Origin: Candidatus Versatilivorator sp.
Lineage (GTDB): Bacteria > Acidobacteriota > Terriglobia > Versatilivoradales > Versatilivoraceae
Direction of reading: 5' to 3'
Assembly: GCA_965207735.1 (NCBI GenBank)
Contig: OZ242296.1
Span: 4,768,001-4,832,000, forward strand
DNA: 64,000 nt
Shown here: one piece after another, positions 29,506 through 38,078 of the stretch
Position numbering within the stretch: the first letter of the stretch is position 1
Layout: each line of letters begins with the position of its first letter
Position numbers and translations under genes: made by a program
Notes under the pieces: model-generated
Seen by the model: only the letters and a program-made list of their open reading frames with translations
Told to the model about the DNA's origin: nothing
Database searches by the model: none

Positions 29506-31437
29506 ATGTCGAGAATACGTCTTCTACCGGAGGCGCTGGCCAACCAGATTGCTGCAGGAGAGGTGGTCGAACGACCGGCTTCGGTGGTCAAGGAGCTGTT
29601 GGAGAACTCCCTGGATGCCGGGGCGCGTAACCTGGAAATCACCGTTCAGGCGGGCGGAAAGCGTCTGATCCGGGTGCTGGACGACGGGGAGGGTATGACT
29701 CCCGACGATGCCTTGTTGGCCTTTGAGCGTCACGCCACCAGCAAGATCCGTAAGACCGAAGATCTCAGCTGCATCCACACCCTGGGTTTCCGGGGTGAGG
29801 CGCTCCCCAGTATCGCCGGAGTCTCCCGGCTCTTGATGGAGACCCAGGCGAAGGGAGAGAGGGTGGGAACGGCCGTGGAGATCGCCGGGTCCCGGATGGC
29901 GGGGGTGCGAGAGATTGCCCGAGCCGTCGGGACCACCCTGACGGTGCGGGATCTGTTCTTCAACGTGCCGGCCCGAAAGAAATTCCTGAGGGCGGACCGC
30001 ACCGAGCTGGGCCACGTCGTCAACGTCGTGACGCAGTACGCCCTGGCTCATCCGGAAGGCCGCTTTGCCCTGGCCGGCTGGGGGTCCGGGATGTTCGACT
30101 TCCAGGCCGTGGAATCATTGCGCGAGCGGCTGTTCCAGGTATTCGGAGCGGAGCTGCTCCGGCAACTGGTGGAACTGGAGGAGGAGCTGCCGTTCGTGCC
30201 CGGTTCGCCATCTCCCCAGGGTCCGCGACCGGGAGAAAAAATCCGTCTTCACGCCTTCGTTTCCAAGCCGGAAGTGCAGAAGCCCAATCGCCAATCCCTC
30301 TACTTTTTTGTGAACCGCCGAATGGTGCGGGACCGGATTCTCATGCACGCCCTCGGTGAAGCCTACCAACGCATTCTTCCGGACGGAAGCTTTCCGGTAG
30401 CGTTGGTCTTTATCGAGATGCCCTATGGGGAAGTGGATGTCAACGTCCACCCCTCCAAGACCGAGGTCCGTTTTCGCCGGCAGTCGCTGATTCACGACTG
30501 CCTCCGCGAGGCGGTTCGCAAGGCGTTGATGGAAGCCCGGCCTGAAGCCGCGTTTTCGATTCAGCCCAGGGGAATGGAGGTAGAATCGCCCATTGCCTCC
30601 GGCGCCCGCCCGGCGAGCGCGCCGGGCCTGCGGCCGCCGACCCGCAAGGGGTCCCTGCCGCTGCAGGTGGGGGAGCCGGCCCCTGCCGGACCGGAGCTCC
30701 TGCCGGGCCTTGAAAACTCTTCCGGGCCCGTAGCGGCCGAAGCCCTCTCCTCTTCCGACACCGGCCGAGATTCCCCGCCCCCCACCTGCGCCGCCGCGGA
30801 GCTGATCTCCAGGGAGCAGGCCGAGGCCATCCGAACCGCCGCCTCGGGTACGCTTTCTCCCGCCCATATCCACCTGCTGGGCCAGATCGACGACAGCTTC
30901 ATCGTCGCCAGCGATCGTGGATCCCTGCTCATCATCGACCAGCACGTGGCCCACGAGCGGGTGCTCTTCGAGAAGGTCCTCGGGCAGCGGCGGGGCGGCA
31001 GGGTGGAGAGTCAGCGATTGCTGTTGCCGCTGATTGTGGAACTGAACCCCCGCCAGCAGATCCTGCTGGACGATTTGACTCCCGAACTGAATTCCTGCGG
31101 TTTCGAGGTGGAGCCCTTCGGCCGTCGAACGCTGGCCGTCAAGGCTCTTCCCGCCGACCTCGGTCCTTCGGACTCCAGCAGGCTGCTGGGCGAACTGCTG
31201 GAGGGTCTGGAAAAAGAGGCCAGGGAAGTGAGCCTGGAGCGGTTGCAGGAGAAGGTTGCCGCCTCGGTGGCCTGTCATGCGGCCATCAAGGTAAATACCC
31301 ACCTGGAACGGTCCAAAATGGTCTGGCTGATCGACGAGCTGCTCAAGACCCGCTACCCCATGACCTGCCCCCACGGCCGTCCCATCATTCTGCGCTACGA
31401 AAAAAACGAGATTCTGAAAGCCTTCAAGCGCATCTGA
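29506..31437 (+). CDS. mutL: DNA mismatch repair endonuclease MutL
   Basis: IAAGEVVERPASVVKEL, GFRGEAL, DVNVHP; endonuclease motifs DQHVAHER, ACH and CPHGRP. Confidence 0.97.
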   Translation: MSRIRLLPEALANQIAAGEVVERPASVVKELLENSLDAGARNLEITVQAGGKRLIRVLDDGEGMTPDDALLAFERHATSKIRKTEDLSCIHTLGFRGEALPSIAGVSRLLMETQAKGERVGTAVEIAGSRMAGVREIARAVGTTLTVRDLFFNVPARKKFLRADRTELGHVVNVVTQYALAHPEGRFALAGWGSGMFDFQAVESLRERLFQVFGAELLRQLVELEEELPFVPGSPSPQGPRPGEKIRLHAFVSKPEVQKPNRQSLYFFVNRRMVRDRILMHALGEAYQRILPDGSFPVALVFIEMPYGEVDVNVHPSKTEVRFRRQSLIHDCLREAVRKALMEARPEAAFSIQPRGMEVESPIASGARPASAPGLRPPTRKGSLPLQVGEPAPAGPELLPGLENSSGPVAAEALSSSDTGRDSPPPTCAAAELISREQAEAIRTAASGTLSPAHIHLLGQIDDSFIVASDRGSLLIIDQHVAHERVLFEKVLGQRRGGRVESQRLLLPLIVELNPRQQILLDDLTPELNSCGFEVEPFGRRTLAVKALPADLGPSDSSRLLGELLEGLEKEAREVSLERLQEKVAASVACHAAIKVNTHLERSKMVWLIDELLKTRYPMTCPHGRPIILRYEKNEILKAFKRI

Positions 31438-31446
31438 TTCGGAACC

Positions 31447-33981
31447 TCAACGGACGCTCCCAAAAAACTCTCTGAGGTTTTCGAGGACCAGGTCGCTCTT
31501 GCCGGTCACGCGCCGGCAGTCGGGAAGCGAATCCAGGAAGGTCCGGCCATAGGACTTTTCCAGCACACGCCGGTCCAGAATCAGGATGCATCCGCGGTCC
31601 TTGCGGTCGCGGATCAGCCGTCCGAATCCCTGACGGAAACGAATCACCGCTTGGGGAACGATGTACTCGAGAAAGGGATTGCCGTTCCGGTTCCGGATGT
31701 CCTCGACCCGGGCAGCCACCACCGGGTCTCGTGGAACACTGAAGGGAAGCTTGGTCAGAACCAGGTTCTCCAAAGCCTCTCCGGCTACGTCCACGCCTTC
31801 CCAGAAGCTGGCGGTGGCGAACAGGACACTGGTCTTGTCGCTCTTGAAATGGTGGGTGAGCCGGTGCCTGGGAGCGCCTCCCTGTTTCAAGGCGGCAATG
31901 CCCAGTGCGCTCAGGGGCTGGACCAGGCATTGGTAGGTGCGTTTCAGCAGGTCGTAGGAGGTGAAGAGCACCAGGGCCTTGCCTTGGGAGGATTCCAGCG
32001 CCCGCAGCAGGAATCGGCCGAGCGCCTCGGCGAAACCAGGGTGGTCGGGGTAAGGCAAATCGGTGGGAATGGCCAGGATGGCCTGGCGCCGGTAGTCGAA
32101 GACGGGGGGCAGCGCCAGTTCCACCAGGCGTGAGTCCGGATCCTGCTGGAGCCCCAGGCGCTCTTTCAGAAAGTCGAATCGTTTTTCGCTGGTCAGTGTA
32201 GCGCTGGTCATCACCACGGTCGCGAACTTCTCGAAAACGTTCCGGCGGAGAAGCTCGCCGATGTACAGGGGGACCTGGCGAAAGGTTACCCGTTTGCCCG
32301 ATCGGGACGGAGACCATTGGATCCACCGAACCTTGCCGTTTTCCTCGCCCCCGAAAATCTCGGCCAAGGTGACCGTTGTCGCCTCCAGGCGATCGGTCAA
32401 GGCGTTCAGCTCGATTCTCTGGCGTTGCAGGGCTTCTCGAGTTTCCTCCGGGAGGCTGGTCAGCAGCCGGTCCACCGCCCGCAGGTTTCCGTAAAGGACC
32501 TGGGCAGCTTGGAGGAGCTGGTGGATTCGGGCCAGGATAGTGCCCTTCCAGTCTTCCTGCCGGTAGAGATCGCTGGTGAAGCGCACTTTCCGTTCCACGG
32601 ATGGCTCCCGGCTGCGGGCTTCGAACCAGGCCGCGCAATCGTTGAACACCCCTTCGGCCAGAAAGGAGGTTTGCTCCAATTCGGGCAGCAGGCGGCTTTG
32701 GACGTGCTCCTCGATTCGACCCGCCAGATTGGGATCGACTCCTTTTCCCTGGGACCGGAGTCTGGCAAGCAGTATCGGAATGGCTCCTTTCTCCCGGACG
32801 GTCCCCCGTTTCGCCACCTGGTAGAAACGCGCCAGGAGCCGGCGCAGGGAGAGCTTGGAAACCTGGACGCCGAAGTACTCGGTGGCGATGTCTTCCACGT
32901 TGTGGGCTTCATCCAGAATCAACCTGGAATAGGGCGGGAGGACGGCGGCGTCATGGTAGCGCCCGGTGGCCTGACGCACGGCCAGATCGGCGAACAACAA
33001 GTGGTGGTTCACCACCAGCAGATCGGCCGCGGCCGCCTGGCGCCGCGCCTTGTAGAAGAAACAGCGGCTATAGTGATCGCACTTGATTCGGGTGCAGGTA
33101 TCGCTCTCGCAGGATACCTTTTCCCATAGGGCGGACGAGACATTGAGAGACAGATCGGACCGGCTGCCGTCCGAGGTCTTCTCGGCCCATTGGGACAACG
33201 CGGTGAAATCGGCCCACTCCTCCTCCAGAAACAGCTTGCCCTGTTGATCCGTAGCCTGCAGCTTGTCCAGGCAAAGATAGTTGCCCCTTCCCTTGACCAG
33301 CACTGCACTGAATTCACAGTCCAACACTTGCTGCAGCAGAGGAATATCCTTATGAATCAACTGTTCCTGCAAATTGATGGTGTTGGTGGAGACCACCACC
33401 CGCTTCCGATTGCGTACCGCCCACAGGATCGCCGGAATCAGGTAGGCCAGGCTCTTTCCGGTGCCGGTAGCGGCCTCGATGAGGGCCACCCGGGAATCGT
33501 TGAAAGTCTCTGCGACCCTTTCGGCCATCTGTTCTTGAGCCGGACGGCGGTGGTAGTCGGTGAATCTGTTGGCCAGAGCTCCGCCGGGCGAGAAGATTTG
33601 AAGGATTTCGGGAACGGCCAGCATCGGTGATACGGGTTTTCTGAAGGCCTCCACCACTACGTAGACCTGATCCACGGAGTTGTTGACGATATAGAAACCT
33701 ACCCCCTGGTTGCCGTAGTGGGAGGCCAGCTCTAGGTCGGCGTCGGAGGGGACCAGATGCCCCGAGGGATGGTTGTGGAGGATCACCTTCCCGGGAGAAG
33801 CCACCTGCAGAAGGGCGGGAACGGCAGAGTCGTTGCCTCTGGCCAAGGGGTCGACCTCCTGAAGCACCCCGGATTCGTCGGTCGTTCCGAGGAAGAAGAC
33901 CTCGTTGCCTTGCGCTTCCTGAATAGTGAACCGCAGGACCTGGAGGACTGCATCGGAGCAGAGATCTGGAAGGCGGGACAT
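31447..33981 (-). CDS. DinG/YoaA-family helicase with N-terminal JAB (RadC-like) domain
   Basis: N-terminal E...HNHPSGHLVPSDAD; EAATGTGKS, KGRGNYLC, NHHLL, LDEAH, TSATL, FWEGVD, QGFGRLIR. Confidence 0.9.
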   Translation of the reverse strand: MSRLPDLCSDAVLQVLRFTIQEAQGNEVFFLGTTDESGVLQEVDPLARGNDSAVPALLQVASPGKVILHNHPSGHLVPSDADLELASHYGNQGVGFYIVNNSVDQVYVVVEAFRKPVSPMLAVPEILQIFSPGGALANRFTDYHRRPAQEQMAERVAETFNDSRVALIEAATGTGKSLAYLIPAILWAVRNRKRVVVSTNTINLQEQLIHKDIPLLQQVLDCEFSAVLVKGRGNYLCLDKLQATDQQGKLFLEEEWADFTALSQWAEKTSDGSRSDLSLNVSSALWEKVSCESDTCTRIKCDHYSRCFFYKARRQAAAADLLVVNHHLLFADLAVRQATGRYHDAAVLPPYSRLILDEAHNVEDIATEYFGVQVSKLSLRRLLARFYQVAKRGTVREKGAIPILLARLRSQGKGVDPNLAGRIEEHVQSRLLPELEQTSFLAEGVFNDCAAWFEARSREPSVERKVRFTSDLYRQEDWKGTILARIHQLLQAAQVLYGNLRAVDRLLTSLPEETREALQRQRIELNALTDRLEATTVTLAEIFGGEENGKVRWIQWSPSRSGKRVTFRQVPLYIGELLRRNVFEKFATVVMTSATLTSEKRFDFLKERLGLQQDPDSRLVELALPPVFDYRRQAILAIPTDLPYPDHPGFAEALGRFLLRALESSQGKALVLFTSYDLLKRTYQCLVQPLSALGIAALKQGGAPRHRLTHHFKSDKTSVLFATASFWEGVDVAGEALENLVLTKLPFSVPRDPVVAARVEDIRNRNGNPFLEYIVPQAVIRFRQGFGRLIRDRKDRGCILILDRRVLEKSYGRTFLDSLPDCRRVTGKSDLVLENLREFFGSVR

Positions 33982-34173
33982 GTTCGGTCCGGAGGAAGAG
34001 GTGGCCGTGGGCCAGCCGGGATGGATCTTATCATTTGTCGTGACTTCAGGTGTGTAATCTCATAGGATTATACAAATATAGGTTTGAAGTTGTTCGGATG
34101 TATAAAAGCGGCAATCCGTTCGGCCGCCGGGAGCAGCATCGGGCGAGCGCAGTCCGGGCGAGCAGGGGGAAGG

Positions 34174-34797
34174 ATGCAAACAGTCGCTGTGATCAGCCAG
34201 AAGGGCGGGGCCGGCAAGACGACCCTGACACTGCACCTGGCGGTGGCTTCGGCGCTGGCGGGTCGGAACACCGCTGTCATCGATCTGGACCCGCAGGCCT
34301 CCGCGGCCAACTGGGCGGACCGGCGGGATACGGAGGTGCCTGTGGTGCTGTCGGCCCATGCCAGCCGGCTGCGCCGGGAAGTGACCCGGGTCGCCATCGT
34401 CGGGGGAGAGATGCTCTATCTGGATACAGCTCCCCATTCGGACGGTTCGGCGCTGGAAGCGGCCAAGCTGTCCGATCTGGTGCTGATTCCTTGCCGTCCG
34501 GCGATCCTGGACCTGGACGCCCTCAATAACAGTCTGGACTTTATTCGCACCGCCCATAAGCCGATTTGCGTGGTGCTCAACTCGATCGCTTCGGTTGGTC
34601 GCGACGCCGACCAGGCAGTCGAGGCACTCAAGGGGTTGGGGGTAGAGATCTGTCCGGTTCGATTGGGGCACCGGGTGGCCTTTGCGCGCTCGCTGATCAC
34701 GGGGCTGGTGGCCCTGGAGTTCGATCCCAAGGGCAAGGCGGCCGAAGAGATGGGCCGGCTGCACCAATTCGTTCAGAGACGGTTAAGTCAACTATGA
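34174..34797 (+). CDS. Short plasmid-type (type Ib-like) ParA ATPase
   Basis: Deviant Walker A QKGGAGKTT, IDLDPQ, LDTAP; 207 aa with no N-terminal HTH. Confidence 0.88.
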   Translation: MQTVAVISQKGGAGKTTLTLHLAVASALAGRNTAVIDLDPQASAANWADRRDTEVPVVLSAHASRLRREVTRVAIVGGEMLYLDTAPHSDGSALEAAKLSDLVLIPCRPAILDLDALNNSLDFIRTAHKPICVVLNSIASVGRDADQAVEALKGLGVEICPVRLGHRVAFARSLITGLVALEFDPKGKAAEEMGRLHQFVQRRLSQL

Positions 34798-34816
34798 GCA
34801 AGTGGAGGCCTACCAG

Positions 34817-35035
34817 ATGGCTAACGAATTCGGCACTGCCATTAAGCTCAAGAGCACGCGGAGTGGCCGTGCCCGGCAGCGCCAGGGGACAAGGCATATC
34901 GGCGGACATTTTCCTCCGGAGACGGTGAAGCAGCTTCGTCTGATTGCCGTCGAGGAGGACACGACCTCTCAAGCGCTGCTTGAGGAAGCCCTCGAACTTC
35001 TGTTCCAATCCCGCGGCAAGCGTCCCCTCGTTTAG
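34817..35035 (+). CDS. Ribbon-helix-helix protein (ParG-like partner)
   Basis: 72 aa; basic N-terminal tail then HIGGHFPPETVKQLRLIAVEEDTTSQALLEEALELLF (strand-helix-helix); GGAGG SD. Confidence 0.75.
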   Translation: MANEFGTAIKLKSTRSGRARQRQGTRHIGGHFPPETVKQLRLIAVEEDTTSQALLEEALELLFQSRGKRPLV

Positions 35036-35158
35036 GGATATCGGGGTGATGGGACAGGGGAGGTTGGCTGTTTGCCCCTTCCGGTTCCCTGCGTGCCTGA
35101 ATTTAGTTTTTTGCCTTGCGGGCAGGGCATCGAAAGGGCCAATAGCCAGTGGTCTGCC

Positions 35159-36073
35159 ATGGTCGATCTGAGAACCGAATTTGCGGGAATCAGGCTGAAG
35201 AACCCAGTGATGACCGCCAGCGGCACCTTTGGGTACGGTGAAGAGTTCAGCCGATTGGTGGACTTGAACCGGCTGGGAGGCATCGTTGTCAAGGGACTCT
35301 CGATTGAGCCGATGGGGGGGGCTGACGGTCCGCGGCTTCACGGGACGGCCATGGGCATGCTGAACGCCGTCGGTTTGCAGAACGTCGGGGTCAAGGAGTT
35401 CGTATCCAGCAGGCTGCCGTTGCTTCGCGACTATCGCACCCGCATTTTTGCCAACGTTTTCGGATTCACCACCGAAGAGTACGTGCGGGTCGTGGAAGTG
35501 TTGAACGAGTCGGACGGCTTGGCCGGTTATGAGCTCAATATCTCCTGCCCCAACGTGAAGTCGGGGGGACTGATGTACGGCTCCGATCCGTGCGCCACCC
35601 GGGAGGTGGTCGAGGCCGTCAAGTTGCGGGCTCGCCGTCCCGTGTTGGTCAAGCTGTCTCCCAATGTGACCGACATCAGGGAGTTGGCCCGAGCCGCCGA
35701 GGACGGAGGTGCGGATGCGCTCAGTCTGGTCAACACGCTGACGGGAATGTCGGTGGACGTGGAGAGCTTTCGCCCGCGGTTGGGGAACATTACGGGAGGC
35801 CTCTCCGGGCCGGCGATCAAGCCGGTGGCCTTGAGGATGGTGTATGAGGTGGTACGGACGGTTGGGATTCCGGTGGTGGCCATTGGCGGGATCCGAACGG
35901 CCGAGGACGCCCTGGAATATCTGATCGTGGGAGCCAAGGCCGTGCAGGTGGGGACGGCCAGCTTCGTGGATCCGCAGGCTTCCCTGAAGGTGATCCAGGG
36001 GCTTGGTGCCTTCTGCCGGCGCAAGGGTTTTCCCTCCATCCGCGCGGTGATCGGCCGGCTTCGAGCCGACTGA
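35159..36073 (+). CDS. pyrD: Dihydroorotate dehydrogenase, family 1B catalytic subunit
   Basis: KNPVMTASGTFG, ELNISCPNV, VKLSPN, GGLSGPAIKP. Confidence 0.93.
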   Translation: MVDLRTEFAGIRLKNPVMTASGTFGYGEEFSRLVDLNRLGGIVVKGLSIEPMGGADGPRLHGTAMGMLNAVGLQNVGVKEFVSSRLPLLRDYRTRIFANVFGFTTEEYVRVVEVLNESDGLAGYELNISCPNVKSGGLMYGSDPCATREVVEAVKLRARRPVLVKLSPNVTDIRELARAAEDGGADALSLVNTLTGMSVDVESFRPRLGNITGGLSGPAIKPVALRMVYEVVRTVGIPVVAIGGIRTAEDALEYLIVGAKAVQVGTASFVDPQASLKVIQGLGAFCRRKGFPSIRAVIGRLRAD

Positions 36074-36094
36074 ACGGTCGGGAGAGAAATAGGG

Positions 36095-36799
36095 GTGAAG
36101 GTCGAAGATCGGATCATAATTGCGCTGGATGTCGACTCCCCTGCCGAGGGTCTGGGGCTGGTGGAGCGGTTGCGTGGCCGGGTGGGCCTGTTCAAGGTGG
36201 GCAGTCAGTTGTTCACCGCGGCGGGGCCGCCGATGGTGGCCGGGATCCTGCAGATGGGCGAGCGGGTATTCCTGGACCTGAAGTTCCACGACATTCCCAA
36301 TACCGCCGCCAAAGCCGCCCTGGCCGCCCGGGCCATGGGCGTTTCCATGATCACCGTGCACGCCGGCGGGGGTTCCGCAATGTTGAAGGCGGTGATGGGA
36401 GCCCTGCAGTCGCCTCCGACCGAGCCGAAGCGCCCCCTGGTTCTGGCGGTGACCGTGTTGACCAGTCTGGCCTCCTCCGATCTTGAACGCCTTGGAATCT
36501 CCGGATCTCCGGCAGACCAGGTCTTGCGCCTGGCCGGGCTTGCTATCGAATCCGGCGTGGATGGCCTGGTAGCCTCTCCGGCCGAAGTTGCCCGCTTGCG
36601 CCGGAACTTCGGTCCCGACCCTCTACTGGTGACACCCGGAATTCGCCCCGTCGGGACGTCTCTCGATGATCAGGCCCGGGCGGCCACCCCGCAAGACGCT
36701 CTCAGGGCAGGCTCCGACCTGTTGGTGATCGGCCGGCCGGTGACCGCGGCCCCCGATCCTCTCTTGAGTTTGAACCAAATTATCGAGACGATCCGATGA
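36095..36799 (+). CDS. pyrF: Orotidine-5'-phosphate decarboxylase
   Basis: IALD, FLDLKFHDIPNT, VTVLTS, VTPGIR, VIGRPVT. Confidence 0.95.
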   Translation: MKVEDRIIIALDVDSPAEGLGLVERLRGRVGLFKVGSQLFTAAGPPMVAGILQMGERVFLDLKFHDIPNTAAKAALAARAMGVSMITVHAGGGSAMLKAVMGALQSPPTEPKRPLVLAVTVLTSLASSDLERLGISGSPADQVLRLAGLAIESGVDGLVASPAEVARLRRNFGPDPLLVTPGIRPVGTSLDDQARAATPQDALRAGSDLLVIGRPVTAAPDPLLSLNQIIETIR

Positions 36800-36891
36800 A
36801 TTGTCGATTGCTGATTTGCGATTGTAGATTGGGGTCCTGTGACAACTGATCTTGCTTTAAATCCAAAATCCACAATCCAAAATCTACAATC
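36800..36891. repeat. Heptamer-periodic inverted (hairpin) element (family E)
   Basis: attgtcg attgctg atttgcg attgtag att ... aatccaa aatccac aatccaa aatctac aatc; 11-bp perfect IR at 36820-36830 and 36881-36891. Confidence 0.8.
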
Positions 36892-36894
36892 CCA

Positions 36895-37551
36895 CTAGGG
36901 CAGGACTATTTTGGGCGAGTCCTCGCGAGGGGGGTGCTCTTTGGTGGATTGCGACGCCATGGCTGAAAGCCGGTCCAGGAATTCCCGGCTCCTGGACCGA
37001 GACGAGTCGGAGAGGTTGGCCATTTCCAGGGTCATTTGGAGGCAATCCAGCACATCGCCGGTCTTGGGGGTGGAAGCCGAGAGATCCTCAGGTTTCCGGC
37101 GCTTGTCCAATAGAGACTTCAGCGATCCATAGAGCGCTTTCTGAGTGAGCGTGTCGGGCGCGTGGTCGTAGTAAATGCCGCTCTCCAGTGTGCGATAGGT
37201 CCGAGCCAGCCGTTCCAGGACCTCCCGCACATCGCCGTCCACCAGCTCCGGAGACTGGGAGCGCGACTCGTGGATGGTCATCCACAGACCTGTCAGCAAC
37301 TCGCTGTTCCTGGCCTGAAAGGATCGGTCCCAGAGCCTTGCGGTGAGCTGCCCTCCCTCTCCCTGCCTCACTCTCCGGGCCCGCTCGTATTCCCGACCCG
37401 AGTGGAGGTAGACACAGTCGGCGGGGCAGTCGATCTCCACCTCCCGTTTTTGCCCGCAACAGACCGGGCAGATGTGGGTCTGCTTGGCCGGGCAGAAGCG
37501 CTTGGCCTTGCGGGCCCGGCACAAGGGGCATGTTCGCTTGGAGGGCGTCAT
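36895..37551 (-). CDS. Hypothetical protein with Cys-rich N-terminal metal-binding domain
   Basis: CPLC..RFCP....ICPVCC...DCPADC (8 Cys within about 45 aa), then helical region with YRTLESGIYY. Confidence 0.75.
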   Translation of the reverse strand: MTPSKRTCPLCRARKAKRFCPAKQTHICPVCCGQKREVEIDCPADCVYLHSGREYERARRVRQGEGGQLTARLWDRSFQARNSELLTGLWMTIHESRSQSPELVDGDVREVLERLARTYRTLESGIYYDHAPDTLTQKALYGSLKSLLDKRRKPEDLSASTPKTGDVLDCLQMTLEMANLSDSSRSRSREFLDRLSAMASQSTKEHPPREDSPKIVLP

Positions 37552-37713
37552 GGAAACGATGGGAGGCTTGGAGCTCTCCGGAAACCGCGGCAGGGAGCCG
37601 GCAGGGAATCAACAACTCTCAGAATTTCCTCCGCCATCCCGGCCGCATACTATCACGGCGGTCGACTGCAAGTCAGTCCCGCCCCAGGGGACAAATAATT
37701 GGAAAATTCCTAT

Positions 37714-37890
37714 CCCCCGGCAGTGTCGTAGTCAAGGGAGAGCTGCGAAGCTGCGGTTGGCGTGGGTTGCCCGGCAAGACGCCTCCTATAGTCCCTCCTT
37801 ATAGAGCAGCGGAGCTGCGGCCTCGTGTAGCCCCGGGCGGCAGCCCGGGGTCGTGTCGGTCTGCTACTGCCGCAGCCGCGAAGGCGGCGA
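37714..37890. repeat. Second family A REP cluster
   Basis: ccccggcagtgtc...gggagagc.gcgaagc.gcg matches 14521-14562; agccgcgaaggcggcg matches about 14615-14630; ccccgggc-ggca-gcccgggg hairpin. Confidence 0.75.
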
Positions 37891-37981
37891 ATGAGGTGCA
37901 CCCTTCGGGAACACGGTACCGGTCCGAAAATTGCAAAGCGCGCACCCGGGCCGGAGAGCAGTAACCAAGGCCATAATGGTA

Positions 37982-38009
37982 TTGACATCAATCGGTTGCG
38001 GTCTATAAT
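37982..38009 (+). promoter_or_regulatory. Consensus sigma70 promoter upstream of the GWxTD gene
   Basis: TTGACA-16 bp-TATAAT. Confidence 0.8.
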
Positions 38010-38078
38010 CAATAAGATTCCAGTCCACTTTCCAATGCCGCAATCCGACCGATATCACGTGGACTGAGAGGACTGTCC

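Noticed and set aside
27396-29642. Long antisense ORFs (also 502-1770, 14563-16641, 41447-43477, 34697-36361 and others)
   Set aside because: Shadow frames of well-supported genes, expected in high-GC DNA; no motifs
33982-35158. Integrated plasmid or prophage around parA
   Set aside because: No integrase, rep, att repeats or cargo; flanks are housekeeping genes
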